A stretch of 64,000 nt of DNA from the NCBI RefSeq assembly GCF_006345805.1, contig NC_043008.1:3162001-3226000 (forward strand), given 5' to 3'. A program made the position numbers and the translations under genes. Of the stretch, positions 14,001 to 28,734 are shown one piece after another (position 1 is the first letter of the stretch; every line of letters begins with the position of its first letter). The DNA is from Octopus sinensis. Its lineage: Eukaryota. The notes beneath the pieces were generated by a model. That model saw only the letters and a program-made list of their open reading frames with translations, made no database searches and had not been told where the DNA came from.

Positions 14001-14373
14001 TGAACATCATGTTCTTATGGCAGAGAAGATTGCTTGAAGATCAATGATCGATGACCCTCCAGCTGATCACCGAAATGATTTCTGATTTCTCTCTCGAACA
14101 CTAATATTTCTTTTTTTTTTTATTGGTTCGATGTGAGGCGAGGAAGGTCGGGTCTTTGGACATCGATTATATTTATGACAGCTGGGTTTGAAGCAGCTGA
14201 TGCTGTTTCTCTTTGAGACAAATGGAATTTACCAAATCAACATTTACAACCAAGATCGATATACTTATACACGAAGACGACATTGGGGGACCAAGATTTC
14301 CAATGTAAAATGCAACAGGATACTCGGATATCGGAAGTCTTAGCACTCAAAGGCAGTCAGCAGTCCTCTAGTG

Positions 14374-14697
14374 AAGGGATTCTCAAACTATCTAATGCGG
14401 CGGTAGTTTTTTTATTCCAATGTGGTAGGGACCGGTAATATTTCTTAGTAATATAGATTTATACCAGAAAAAATATATATAATGAATATAATAAAGTTGA
14501 CAATATGTTTATCTAAATATTTATATTCTAAACAAACAGGCGTAGAGGCTGCGTGGTAAGTAGCTTGCTTACCGGGTACATAGTTCCAGGTTCAGTCTCA
14601 ATGCGTGGCACCTTGAGCAAGTGTCTTCTACTACAGCCTCGCTCGCCAAAGCCTTCTAAGTGGATTTGATAGAGGGATACTGGAAAGAAGCCTGTCG

Positions 14698-14736
<39 letters not shown>

Positions 14737-15049
14737 CTGTGTTTTTCCCCCACCATCGCTTGACAACTGACGTTGGTGTGTTTACGTCCTCGTAACCTAG
14801 CGGTTTGGCAAAAGAGACCGATAGGATAAGTACTAGGCTTACAAAGAATAAGTCCTGGGGTAGATTTGTTCGATTGAAGGCGGTGCTCCAGCATGGCCGC
14901 AGGCAAATGACTGAAACAAATAAAAGAAAAACTAATAAGTTGTTTACTGCAAAAGACGAAATCAGTGAAATTCTGCTATTATTTCTATCTTTTCTGCAAG
15001 CTCACCGCGTACCGGCACCCGTCCGTGACCACCCCTTTGAGCAGCACTG
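14374..15049 (+). mobile_element. hAT-Charlie-like MITE with an 8-bp TSD, interrupted by a SINE
   Basis: Identical flanks CTCTAGTG at 14366-14373 and 15050-15057. The ends AAGGGATTCTCAAA and (reverse complement) CAGTGCTGCTCAAA resemble CAG(G/T)G.TTCTCAAA Charlie TIRs. About 280 bp without the SINE. Confidence 0.72.
14539..14928 (+). mobile_element. Full-length cephalopod tRNA-derived SINE (family A)
   Basis: tRNA-like head (gtggtaag...ggttcagtc), body ccttgagcaagtgtcttctac, internal TA/GT tract, tail catggccgcag..aatgactgaaacaaataaaaga. Confidence 0.85.
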
Positions 15050-16359
15050 CTCTAGTGCATCATCTTTCTTACTAGCCATCACGTCTTTGATGTTCAGCAG
15101 AGCCAAGAAGTGGGGAGACGTAAATGGAATACGAGAGTCGGCCTGAATGGTTATGTAAAACTTGTATGCAAGTGTTGACAACGAATTTTATGCTTTAATG
15201 GAAATATCTGTGCTGTGTGCATATGTTTTTGAGCACACACGCGCGTGTAGCTGTTGGTGTATCGGGAGGAAGAGAGAGAACGATGTGTATGTGCGGCTGA
15301 GGAATCAATTTTTCTTAACAAAGCTTTTCTTAGATAAAATACAAAACCAACATATAATTTTGTATATCTCCAAACGTTTCCGTGTGTATTATGGATTTGG
15401 AAATAGGGTAAATCTTTTGCTTTTAAAGATTGCAAATTCTTTCGAGAGCGACGATGGCAACGAATTTAAAGTTTCTATGGTTTCTTCATTCTTTAGTTTC
15501 CCCTATTTTATTGAGAGTGTCAAAGAACTACCGAGAAGTTCCTTGGTTTGTTTAAGTGTAATGTTGGTCAGGCATTAACTGGATACGTTTGAAAAATAGA
15601 ATATGTCATTCAAGGAGTACACTTTGACTGAGCATAATATCACGTGCATGTTGTTACTGTTGTTGTTTTGGATGATGATGATGACGACGAAGACAGCGGC
15701 GGCGGCAGCGATCAATGGTGATGATGGTGGTGGTGGTGGTGGTGGTGTGATTTGGTTAGTGCTGGTCACGAATATATGATGATGATGATGATGTTGACGA
15801 CGACGTAGACGATGATGGTGGTGGGGTTGGTGGTAATGACGAAAATATTGGTGATGATGATGATGATGATTACCTAGTACTTAGATAACCCGACCATCCT
15901 TAATTTAGGGGGGGGGAGCAGCATCTAAGAATACTTCTTTCTGTTCTGATGCTTCTAAAGCTATTGATTGTGTTTTATAGCAAATCTGGAGCCAATTTAA
16001 GCAAGCGAAACCCTTGGACATGGATCACAATTGGCTTGTATTGTTATGAAATTTACTGGGCAAAAAGTAATACTTTCTGAGATATTCAATAATGCGATAG
16101 AATCGAATATTTAGAGGTAAATTGTGTTAATCTGCTGCAACGAAAACAAGTTTAATAAATCCCGGTGACACAAGACGCCGAGGAATGTTAAATGTGGGCG
16201 TTTGCCTTTGAGCAAAGAATGAAGGACAGAGAGAGAGATTGAAGCGCAAGTGTAGCTGTGTTGTAACAAGCTTGTTTCTCACTCACATGGTCCTATGGGC
16301 AAATGTCTCCTGCGATGGCACTGAATCGACCAAAGACGGAAACTGAAAGAAGTCTGTCA

Positions 16360-16439
16360 TGTATATATATATCTATATATATATATATAGATAGATAGAT
16401 ACATAGATAGATAGATAGATAGATAGATAGGTATGCATG

Positions 16440-16488
<49 letters not shown>

Positions 16489-16502
16489 ATGTGTATGTAT
16501 AT

Positions 16503-16591
<89 letters not shown>

Positions 16592-16598
16592 TATATAT
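16360..16598. repeat. (ATAG)n/(TA)n compound microsatellite
   Basis: Direct reading. Confidence 0.95.
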
Positions 16599-18825
16599 GG
16601 GTAGAAATTAAAACCAGTGGCTTAGTATATTTTTAAAAATCGGAAGATTAAAAATTGTTTTACATACAAAGTTAAGAGAATTGACCACTAAAAGTGGACA
16701 GCCTATATGCTAAACATAGACGTCAGATCGCCATTACCACGAAGAATGTGATCTCAAGAAAAATCTCAGCAAAAAATAAAAATGTAAAAATAAGCAAGAC
16801 GAATGAAAATGTACGAAATAAAAAAACGTTTACCTATGTACCATTTGGTTTCACTTGTTAATATTTAGGTATATATACACGCAAACATCTGCAAGATCAT
16901 CAGCATAGTCTGTCGTTTACAAAACACAATTTCCTGAACTAAATACAGAACGCTCAACCGAAATCCACCATGTATAAAGTTCTACATGTTATATTTAGGT
17001 GTATCTTTCAAATGCCTTCACTTTGGCGCGCTGAGTTCGGAAACTACCGTGCAGTTAATAAACTACAGCAGTCAATTTACCGGTTAGAGAACATTTTGTT
17101 TATTTAAAACTAAACAAGGATTGTTAGCCAACTTGTTGTTGTTATGTAATCAGCAAGAATATAGCCTCTATACGATGACGTGTCTGATTATATGTGGCAG
17201 CTTTAACTGTTATAGAAACCAGCCAAGCCAACTTCAAATTTCATCTAAACTCATGCGAAGTGGAAACGCTTATTCCATAATGTAGTCATAACTACGTGAT
17301 AACTGAGGAAAAGGAGAGAGAGATGTATATTGAGAAGACAAAATAGAGAAACGCCGAAGCCTTCTTTTTAATGAACTACAATGCGAAATAAACATATGAA
17401 TTCTCAATTAAATTAGATAACCTGACGTGTATTTTAATGCATATTGCAACATACGGCATGCAGTTCTGTGTACGTATGTGGGTGTGTGGCATATTCCTAA
17501 AGAGTATTAAAAAATATTTGTAGTGGTCGTCAGTTTTGGAAAAGAAAAGTTTATCTGTACGTAGATGATAGATAAATTTATATTAAATATTACAGAAATA
17601 TATACGTAACCCGACAGGGCTAAGTTCGAAAAAATATAATAAGAGCCTTAAAGTATATTTGGGGTTAGTTCTACCAACATTTTACAGCAATGGTAGATTG
17701 TAGGATAGCATTTTGTGAACCATTAAAGAAAATATATTACTCTATGACAATACTTAAGCATGTTATTTCAACATGTTAGTTTCTAAGACATTCTTCGGCA
17801 AAATGTCCTACAAGATACAGTTTTTATATACAACATATCTGCTGCATTCGATGTAAAGAGCATGAAATTAGATTTTGTCTCTATTGGAATTGGTAATAAA
17901 TAGAAAATGGTGGTAGTTGTTAAAATGAAATAAACCTATTATATAGAATCTACATGTTCTTTTTAGAAAGGAAATTCCTATCAAACGTATGTGAAATTTA
18001 CCAATTCTAAAGTGATAAGTAACGGAAATTGGAAAGTTCAATAAATTCAGCTATCTCGAAATAGATCAGTGAAGTCTTAGGAAATCACAGCTTTCTGCCG
18101 TCTCAATTCCATTTCAACTCATTTACGTGTATTTAATTGAAGTGACCGAAGCAGCTTCTTCGGGTTCTCTAACTTCATATGTGTGAAGAGAGTGCTGAGA
18201 TAAAATGTCGCTGTTCACATTGCCTTCAATATGCTAAATTCTGAAATAAATTTCTTCCATGTTCCTCAGAGATATGACTCATACATCAACCTGCTAAATT
18301 CCGAAATAAATTTCTCTCACATACCCCAGGGTTATTAAGCATATGGACGTCTTCTATTAGCTTATTCTTTAGCATCGGAACCACTGTATTAGATGTTTCT
18401 TTACTTCATATATAATACAACCGCATTTTGGGTACAATTACATTGGTCGAAATTCAATTTCACGATTTACAGTGAACAAAACCACGAGATTTTGCTAGGG
18501 ATAATCTACATATTTATCAACACTTCGTGTAAGCATAGACTCATTTCTTGCTTATACCCCCAGCCAATGTTCGGATTACTTGCGTAAGTTATTTAAACTG
18601 ACATATTAAATACATTCGTATTGCATTGGCAGCGCAATAGCCGAAAATTGTATGGGAAGCTTCTAACATGTAAATGATAGGCTAGCATAAAGAATTCTTC
18701 CCAAAAGAATATTTTATTCACACGACAATCAATCAATACACTCATAGATGGACAGAAATATATACATATTTACATACATTCGCAAATACTTATAGATATG
18801 TGTGTGCGAGTATGCATGTCTCTAC

Positions 18826-18829
<4 letters not shown>

Positions 18830-18894
<65 letters not shown>

Positions 18895-18970
18895 CATATA
18901 ATACACACATGCACATCCCTTCTTATTTATACATATATATATATATATGTGTGTGTTATCTGTATATGCA

Positions 18971-19039
<69 letters not shown>

Positions 19040-19566
19040 GTATATATATATATATATATATTATACTTGCATATATATATACATGTATAAACGCATGTAT
19101 ATATACGTACACACACATATACATATATATACACTTATGTATATGTACATATGTATATATGCATTTGTATATATATATATGCACACACATACACGCATAC
19201 ATGCATGCATACATACATACGTACATAAATACATATACATACATTCACACGTACATACATAAGTATACATACGTACATACATATTCGCTTCTGCGAAAGA
19301 AGACAAGTTCGCAGGCCTGAGAAACGTAGAGCGTAAAAGATTCTAAGACGCCTAAATTGGTAGCGGTGGGAATAAATAGAATGGAAAAGTCAAGATTAGG
19401 TAAAAGAAAAATGGACAGGTGTGGTGCTGGGTTGCTAGAGGTGGTGAAGGCGGGTCTTCAGGTTTAACCTCTAGGACTTCAGTGATAGAAGGTATATTAA
19501 TCAAATACTCCTGATGCCCGTGCTAATATACCGATGATAATAATAATGATGATAATAATAATGATG

Positions 19567-19626
<60 letters not shown>

Positions 19627-19763
19627 TATGTGTGTGTATAGAGAGAAAGAGAGAAAGAGTGAGGGGCACACACACTCATACATAAATGATGTGTGTTTGC
19701 ATATCTGAGTGTGATTGTCTGTGTGTTTGTGTGTGTGTGTGTATTTGTGTGTGTGTGTATGTA

Positions 19764-19804
<41 letters not shown>

Positions 19805-19820
19805 GTGTGTGTGTGTGTTT
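18830..19820. repeat. (TA)n, (TAA)n and (GT)n microsatellite cluster
   Basis: Direct reading; a non-repetitive ~220-bp island lies at about 19300-19530. Confidence 0.9.
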
Positions 19821-19824
19821 GAAA

Positions 19825-20100
19825 GCGTGAGGACCAATGCTTTGTATTTTACCCCTACGATCGAAAGGCCGTCGTTTCAATTCCCAGACCGGCGGCGTAC
19901 TTGGTTCGTGAGCATAACACTTCATTCCATCTTACTCCATTTCACTCATCTGAAACTGACGAGGATCCTGCGACTGACGTGCCCTTCACGGCAGATATCG
20001 GCCTGGTGCCACTACCTGTCGAGGAGGCCCCAGTGGAATGCTACAACAAAGCGGGGAAATGCATGGTGACCAAAGGTGCGTTGTATAACATTATCATATC
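19825..20100 (+). mobile_element. Diverged SINE (family C-like head, GC-rich body)
   Basis: cgatcgaaaggccgtcgtttcaattcccagacc...gttcgtgagcataacacttcattcc..ttactccatttcactca parallels the family C head and central domain. Confidence 0.5.
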
Positions 20101-22705
20101 GACGACACAAAGGTAAGAAGATTGCTTCCCTACCACGATTTAGTCTCACTGAGTGGCAACTTGGGGGCAAGTGTCCGTTTCCAATAGCTTCGACCAAAGA
20201 CCTGGAAAATGACCTGGAAGACGGAACCTGAAGAAAAGAAAGTTCGTCACAAATGTGAGCATGCGCACGGTGCAATTTTCTTCACCCGCCCCGTACCACC
20301 ACCATTTGACAACCACAGCTTGTGTGTGTCTATGTCCATGCAACTTTGCGGCTCGATACGGGTACTGAAAGAACAAGAAACGAAAGGGGACTGGGGCCGA
20401 CTTGTGCGACTAATATTCTTGAAGCCAGTGCCCCATCATGGCCGCAGTCTAATATCTAAAACAAGTAAAAGATTAAAGGACAATACATGCATACATAACT
20501 TACTAGAATATGAGTCGATGTCTCTATGTATTTATTTAGTTATGCATGCATGGATGAATGTATGTATGGATGGATGGATGGATGGATGGATGGATGGAAG
20601 GAAGTATGTATGTATGTATGTATGTATGTATGTATGTATGTATGTATGTATGTGGATATCGCCTGTATATGTATGAATACGTATGTGTGCATATATGCGC
20701 AAATAATGGTATAGACAGAGTTCATCACTCTTCTTTTTAAGAGTTTAATATTTAGGGCATATTCTGTGAGAACTGTTGTGTGTGTAAACGTGTGCATATG
20801 AATGTGTGTATATGAATGCGTGCATGTGCATGTGTGAGTGTGTGTATGAAAGGATTTCTGTGAGATAGGTGTGTGTATATGTAACACGTCAATCTGCGCT
20901 GATATCCTGAATGGAGAATCGGAAAGCAACCTACAGCGCTGACATGCATAAAGTGGTTCATTCAAAAGCAAAATAGGAGAATTCAATTCATATCAAGAAT
21001 GCATTTCTGGTCTTTTGTCCAATGTTACCATTCACAATAACCGGAGATTCCTCCAGCCAAAAATATGTCCTTAAAATAGCTAGGACTGTACCTGAAATTG
21101 TCCATTGAATTAAGAGCCAGAACATATTTAGTCGCTCATTCAATATTTCTCTCCCATGTGGAACGTTACAAAAGATACCTGCATAACCATCGTGGATCGC
21201 ATCCAATGAATGGCTCAAAATCTCTCACCTACACGCCGCAGCCTTTCATTAAGAGACCTGTAGTTTACTCTCTATGAAATGAGTTTGATTTATCGGAATA
21301 AGCTTGTCGTTTCTCGTCTCTAGTCAAGCCTCACACATCTTTTCAACTCACATCAAGCATATAGCGTCATCCTTCGAAAATCTGTTCAGACTAATTTGCA
21401 TATTAGTTCTACCGGAACGCCATCTTTCTTTTCGTCAATTTCATGCATTAGATTAAGCAGAACACTAAAGCGATCGTCTCACATTTCCGATTGAACTTGT
21501 GATGGGCAGGCGTCTTTTACGCTAACTCACAAAATAGAATAAGAATACATTTATCTGAACTTGCTCAATGAATTCTGAGAGGGATTATACTGACATACAT
21601 GCAAATATACTTATGTAGGTTATATTTAAATGCGAACATTCATTCATACACGAATACAGACGTGCATAAACTGTAATATACAGATGATAGTGAAACACTT
21701 CAAAAACACCATTCAATACATGTTGAAACGTGATATTTATTGTTGAACTGATGAACATGTTGCATTATCGTTGCCTTGGTTTTTCTCTCTGAATAACCAT
21801 TTCAAATGATCAGCCTTCAACAGGAGACAAGCAATGATGGCGATCAGAATGTTAATTTTGATTATGTACAGCTTCATCGCCATTACGAGGTACTTCTCTG
21901 TTTATTTGCATGAAGAGTTTACAGTTTACAGTAAAGTTATTCTATGGCTTCTGTACATAGCAGACTAAAATTCATAATTTATGGCCGCTTGAGATAAGTA
22001 ACTTCCTCGAAATGTAATATATTCTTCCCTGATCATACCACCTTCTTCTCTTGCTGGTACAACAGGCACCATGAATAAACAGGAATAAACTTCTAAGATG
22101 TTTCACATCATAGGAGACCTACTATCAATAAGTACATGAGTTAGTGTGTTGCCACTATACATAGATCTGTATTTCACTTCTCAATAACATTTCTCATCAA
22201 AGTAGTTAAACAGTGCAGCAAAATGTTCTACTTTTCTTCATTTTCTCCACAGCATCACCACCGCCACCACTACCCGCTGCCACTTCAAACAACACCAACG
22301 CCACCTACACCGTTACCTTTCAAAGTAATTTCCAAAATCATTCAAATCAAAGAAATTTCAACGATTACAATCATGTTAGAGGTGAAGTCGTAATTGCTGT
22401 TAAATTACTTCTTCTCGCTGGTTTAGAATGGCGAACGAGGGGAGAATGAACAATAAAACGAGAACTAATGTTTCAACACAGTGGCGTTTATTCAAATAGT
22501 TGGTAGGTAAAATAATCACCTCGTGACAGACCAATCGTAAACGTACTAAAACGACACTACTGATAACTTATCACATTGTATACGCCAATCGTCTGACAAT
22601 AGGAATAAATAATTGAACTTTGTATATACTATAGATGCACATATGTGTGTGTATTTATCTATGTATGTATATATACATATCTGTATGTTTGCATGTGTGT
22701 GTGTG

Positions 22706-23640
22706 TAGTTGTGCGGAAAGTTTTGAGCGTTTTTAACCTAAATCTTTTAAATCTTTTCACACTTCATTGAATACACCTGAAAGGTAACACAGTTAAAACT
22801 TAGGTGTTGCTTGAAGTGGTAATGCATCTTTTCATTTTTTTCGTGACTAAAAATAGATTCATCTTTCATTCCGGTTTCCCTTTATTGTCATTTGAGCAGG
22901 ATAACCAAAATTTCATATTCACGTTATAATGTTTTTGATTTTGTTTTTTCAAAAAGAAATGTGAAAATGTTGCAACGACTTGCAAAAACATATGTGAAAT
23001 GTATGGTGATTAGGAATCAAATGTTCGAAGGTTGTTTCCAAACTTTAAGGCTGGAAAATTTAGCTTGGAAATTGACAGTCGCAGTGGAAGAGTTTCAAAA
23101 TTGGGTGGAGATGTTTTGAACGCAAAAATCGAAGAAAATTAAAATATCACGACTAGACGAGTTGCAAAGGAGTTGGGCGTTTCTAAACGTACGGATCATG
23201 GACCATCTAGTGAAGGTAGGATACATTTTTCGCTATAAAGTATGGCTCCCTCACAAACGCTGAGGAAAGAATTGCTTGGACCCGTTTGTGGTATTCTTTT
23301 GCAACGGAATGAAAACATGCTTTTTTTAAAGAACTTGTGACTGGAGAAAAAAAAATGGATTGCGTCCGAAAGCCCAATGTGCAAAAGAATTAGGTATCTG
23401 CATCAGGTTTCCCCAAAACAGCAACCAAAGACGAATATCCATGCCAAAAAAGCTATGCTTTGTGTTTCGTGCGATAATAAAGGCATTATTTATTACTAGC
23501 AGAAATACTCGGCGCTGCTCAGGATTAAAATGGTATAGTTTGTATATATATATTACAGTTATGTTGAAACAGATGATACGGGAAAGTGCAGCATTGACGA
23601 CAAAATATTTGTGGATTAAATGACATGTAATACGTCAGTT
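22706..23640 (+). pseudogene. Mariner (Tc1/mariner) transposon relic with left TIR and decayed transposase
   Basis: TIR-like tagttgtgcggaaagttttgagcg, then CKNICEMYGD, FKAGKFSLEIDSRSGR, ITTRRVAKELGVSK, WLPHK (cf. WVPHEL), FLKELVTGEKKWI (cf. TGDEKW) and MLCVSCDNKGIIYY. Confidence 0.88.
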
Positions 23641-26600
23641 TGGAGGATTGGGTGTGGAGGGCATGTCATTTTTGAACCCACCGAAAAGCTGTCAGTTGAT
23701 ATACTCGTCTTTGAGGTCGTCAGCGTATATGTCAGTATTTAAGTATGTGCATGAGTGTGTGTGTGTCTGTGTGAGTGTGTGTAACTGTATGCATATCGTT
23801 TTAAATACACATTATGCTGTAGTTATATTTTTCTTCATTTGAGACTTCTCAGAGCTTTCCTATTTTCTTATGTACTCAGATGGTTTGGAACTATACGATT
23901 TCTAAACCTATATCCGACTTTTCTGGACTATCACAGTTTCCCTTTTAAGAATTCAATCCATTTGGCGTTCGTGTGTTTTGTTTATGTATATTTTAGGGAC
24001 TGAAGTATTGTCGACTATCTGTTTTTTGTTGTTTTTATTGTTAGCTTCATGCATCAGCTGTCATGCATTGATTTGCTTGACTCTGTCAAATTGTGAGCGT
24101 AAATTTTTATTATTCTCTTATGTCTGTAACCACGGGTTAATCTTTTGATTTGTATGTATGAATGTTCATTCTGGGGTTTTATTTTGATACGAGTATGGTT
24201 TGCACAATAAATATTCTAGTTTTTTTTAAAGAATTTTAATTAACTTTTCTCTCTGTTCACTTCTTGTGTTTCAGAACTCAAATTTAGGTACAAACTGTTA
24301 ACCTCTCCCAGAAAATGTTTTGTTTTCTCTGACACCCACCAAAATTCTAATACTTCTAATATTTGTTAAGATGGATACAACGAAACTTGTAATGTTTTAT
24401 TAAACATTCTCCAAAATATACTTTTCAAACTTTTTCTTTATATATATATATATATATATATAAAGATATACACACAAATACATACCTACATACACATATA
24501 TATACGTGTGTTTGTGTGCATGAATTTATGCAGATATACACACATATATATATATGCATGAGTGCGTATGGGCATTCAGATATGCATGTTTATACGTGTG
24601 TAGTATATTTGTACGTGTGTGTGTGTATGGCAATATTCATTATTGTTGTTTAATGTATAATTTGATGTGTTGAGCTGCACTACTGGAGGTCGACGTGGGA
24701 TTTCGTATCACCTTTAATACATATCAATAAAAATCGGTGAGACTGAAATCCGTATTAGGAAAATCTTATCGACTAAGACCGTTGAAGACGATGCCTCAGC
24801 TCTGAGAGCAGTCTATCTCGTAAAACCGGCAGAGGAATACAGTAATATATGCTCTGTCCCTCCCTCTATTCTTCTGTGCCTATTTCATTTATTCCTTCTT
24901 AAATAACCTCCTTTTATCTTCTAATATATATTACACTATCAAGCACTTCTGTCATATTTCTATCCTCTCCACTCTCGTTTCCTTTTCTACTCTAACTTAC
25001 TGTGTAAACCTTATCTTACTCTATTATTAACTTGCCTCTATTCCAATCTTTGTTTTCATGTTCAATTATTTTCCTTTTCTATTTCTCCATCTCATTCAGT
25101 GAATATTCTTTCCTCCCTATAAACGCGCTGAATTCATTGATTCAACTTCTCCGGTCTACTTTATCTTCTCTGTTCCGCTTTCTCCCTCGCTTCTTTTATC
25201 TCTTCAATGAGATTTAGCAACCCTGTCTTTCTGTCAAATTGCATGTTCACCTTGATTAATAAATATGATCAATTGTACCATTTCCGCTTCCAAGAAAATG
25301 GAATTATGGCATGCGGAAACTGATATTACAAGGGCAACGTATTCCTGCCATTGCCGCATAATGCGTCTATTGTATTTCTTAGTGCTTACACCAGAGTAAG
25401 CTAAAGAAGGAGTTTCTAGGTGGCCACACAACTTGTCAAAATTAGAAACCTACGAGAACTCAAGGCTGGCATTACTGTCTTTAAAAAGGGTTTTTTTTTA
25501 ATTGGATTGTGTTGATCGGACTTGTCTGTGTCTGAAACTACACTGGAGTGTCTGAAATACTTACAGTCATAATGATTAGAATTATGTCACTGCTGCAACA
25601 AATAAATAACCTTCAGCTTACCAGATTACAGGTGTAGCAGAGGATGGACAAGAATTTGAACAATGTTATTCAACACTAATTAAACGACAATAGATTTTCA
25701 TTGATGTAAATGAAATACTTATCATCTCTACGATAAACGCTATCCATGTACTGTCACACTGCGGATACTAAACCCGTGGTTAATAAAATAGGAAATCCAT
25801 AACACTAAGATTTACTGGACAGCAAGCGATCTCCACCGTGAAGATGTATGTCATGGAAAAATGCTTACGAGATGCGAGCATTGTTAGCCCGCATGGATTT
25901 TGCAGATTCTTCGATCACATGCGAATGGAAATCGTGTTTGTGGTCTTGAATTTGTGTAACAAGATTGCACTTACTTTTGAATAGACAGAATAAGATTGAA
26001 AATAAACAAAAAACTTGGAAGACATTGTATTTCCCATCAACAGCCAGTTTTATTGTCAGGAATCTGCAATCTTAAGCAGTCCTGCTGAATGGAGACTTGA
26101 TGTCTGTGCGCCTCTGCATTATCGTAGATTTCTATGCTGTTATCTTAGCATGCATACACACCTTCGTTATTCTAGCGCAGAGAACAATATAGAATACTCA
26201 TAATTTGTATTCCTATCATTTCCACTGTGGGTAGCACACATGAGAAATCTTCCTTCTTGGATACATTATCTCTGAGAAGGGAGGATGAAGAACACTTCTT
26301 CTTGCCAAAAGATTTGGATCACATGCAAATTATAAAATGAACAACAATGGATTTTCATACCTGTGCTGCACAACAAATTTGATCTTCTTCATTTCCATCA
26401 ATTTATTAAAAAAACACAGAAGTAAGCATATAATTTCCTGTCTTCATTCGTATAAGTCTATGGTCTATTTTGAGGTACGAGCAAACTTATAAACACCTAC
26501 AAGATGATTACTATTCTGTTGTGTATCTGTATGGATCCTACGCCAAAGAGAACTCTTATGAAATATATAAACTAGACTGCAGACTGGCTATTCTGTCCAT

Positions 26601-26879
26601 ACTTTCGAAAGGACCTAAGCGGAAGAATTACTCTAAATTTGAATTGTGGTGAACGAACCACAAAAGAAAAGTGCAGTTGAATGAAAAAAAATGCAACTGC
26701 CTTTTCATCTCGGAGTATCTGGGATGCAATTAAAGAATAACTTTCCAGTCGACCTCGCTTCGTCAAGGACGAACTTTGATTGCCTTATTCGATTGGTACT
26801 TATTTTGTTCATACATTCGGATTACATACATAATTATAACAGCATCAGCAACTACAGCAACAGCAATAACAACTATTAC

Positions 26880-27079
26880 AAGTATAGGCACAAGGCCTGA
26901 ATGTATGGTTTGCTGATTACATTGCTACCAAGATTCGACTGGTGCTTCTTTCGGCGACTCTGAAATTATGAAAAGCAAATTCGATCCCGGAGGAATTTGA
27001 AGCCAGAACGTAAAGGCTGACGAAACGACTCTAAGCATATTGCTCGGTGTGGTAACGCTTCTCTCAGCTCACCGCCACA

Positions 27080-27158
<79 letters not shown>

Positions 27159-27340
27159 AAATAATGGTTTCAAAGTTTGGCACAAGGTCGGCAATTTTGG
27201 TGGACGGGATAAGTCGATTACTTCGATCCCAGTGCTCGTCTAGTACTTATCGATCCCGGCAGAATTTGAACTCAGAACGTAAAGATGGACAAAATGCCAC
27301 GAACCATTTTGGCCTGTGTGTTAACGATTCGGCCAGCTGA
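26880..27340 (-). mobile_element. Two adjacent diverged SINE family B copies separated by (AAT)n
   Basis: 26880-27078 and 27165-27340 each contain ggcacaagg...atcccgg...gaatttgaa..cagaacgtaaag. Confidence 0.65.
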
Positions 27341-27994
27341 CTGCCTAAAACATATAAAGAATACGAACAACAACAATGTACAATTTGTGGATTTTCAAAA
27401 CTGGATAAGAAAGAGTAAATAAAAGGCCTTGACACATGGTAAACTGAGGGATGTGTACGGCGTGTGTATGGGATACCACACGCCGGCATCTGATACAAAT
27501 ATCAAGTTTTATCGGCAACGGAGACAGTCTACACAGACAAGAAGCTGCAATGTAATTGAATTGATATCGCTCTCGCAAGGAAAATTTCAAAGAATAATTC
27601 CTGATTGATGTGGCGACACGTGCAGATGACACGTGATAATAGACCGTGTATGTGCCGAAAGTGGAGCGAATTCATAGCGGCGGAATTGTGAGTTAAATAT
27701 TTTTCGCGAATGGTGCGTTTGCAACCATGTCAAAGGACACATGAGAAGGTACAAGTATCAGGCATGGCATAGAAGTGCTTATACTCTTTTATATTCGGAG
27801 AAGTGCATATGTTAATGGAAGTGTTGCATCTCTGAGCTTCAAGAAGTCAACACATAAAACTGATGAAGCACAAGAAAACCAGATAAATATGCGACCTCGA
27901 TAATAATAATAAAAATAATGAGAAGAAGAAGAAGAACAACAACAACAACAATAACAACAAGAAAAATAGCAACAACAATAATTATGATAATAAT

Positions 27995-28350
27995 TTTTAT
28001 AACAACTATAGATAAGGAGAAGCGAAGTTGCTTACTTATCGACCCATTATGCCCGTTTGATTCCAGCATCGTAAAGAAAGAGGAAGAAATACGAAAATAT
28101 TATAATCCCTTAAAATTTTAAATAGGAATAAATTGGAGCATTCGAACAGTAAAGGTCGTGCCTATAATAATTGGTGAGTTGAGAACAGTAAGATAAGATA
28201 TAGACAAAGGGCTGAACGGGATTGAGATAGACTGCTCGGTAGAGCTCATACAGAGAGTTAGACTCTTAGGGACAGCAAGGATCATCAGGAGTTTTTTAAG
28301 CTCTTGAAAGACTGCTGAAAACTTGTGGGTACCTAAGGTTACATGTAGTA
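27995..28350 (+). mobile_element. R4/Dong-type LINE C-terminus, restriction-like endonuclease (RLE) domain
   Basis: DKEKRSCLLIDPLCPFDSSIVKKEEEIRKYYNPL...VKVVPIIIGELRTV...LIQRVRLLGTARIIRSFL* (cf. IIDV.VP.D...KE.EK..KY..L...IPIVIGALG...LQK..LLGTARILR). The 5' side is fused to (AAC/AAT)n. Confidence 0.82.
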
Positions 28351-28424
28351 AACCACTACCTTCTTACATCCTACCAGGAATGAAAACGGACCTGAGCCAA
28401 ACCAAAACAATAAAAATATTTTTT

Positions 28425-28615
28425 TCAGGTTTGGCACAAGGCCAGCAAACACAAGAGAGGAAACAAGAAGTCAATAATCTCAACTTATGTTGTAAATCCG
28501 TAAAAGGATGACAGGCAAAGTCGACCTTGGTGAAATTTGAGCTTAGAACATAAAGTTAGACGAAATAAAATGCCGCTAAGCATTTTGCTGTAGAAACAAT
28601 TTCGTCACCTCGACA
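28425..28615 (-). mobile_element. Diverged SINE family B
   Basis: ggtttggcacaaggcc...aaaggatgacaggcaaagtcgaccttggtgaaatttgagcttagaac...gctaagcattttgc. Confidence 0.65.
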
Positions 28616-28651
28616 CCTTTTTCTACAAACTAATTTTCATTGACGTAACAC

Positions 28652-28734
<83 letters not shown>

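Noticed and set aside
18232-18325. Short direct repeats (60-bp period here; 23-bp at about 10252-10297; ~30-bp at about 53020-53070)
   Set aside because: Two-copy local slippage duplications with no further structure.
19901-20118. Exon-like ORF ending at AAG|GTAAGA
   Set aside because: It overlaps a SINE head and body and has no clear acceptor; more simply explained as repeat sequence.
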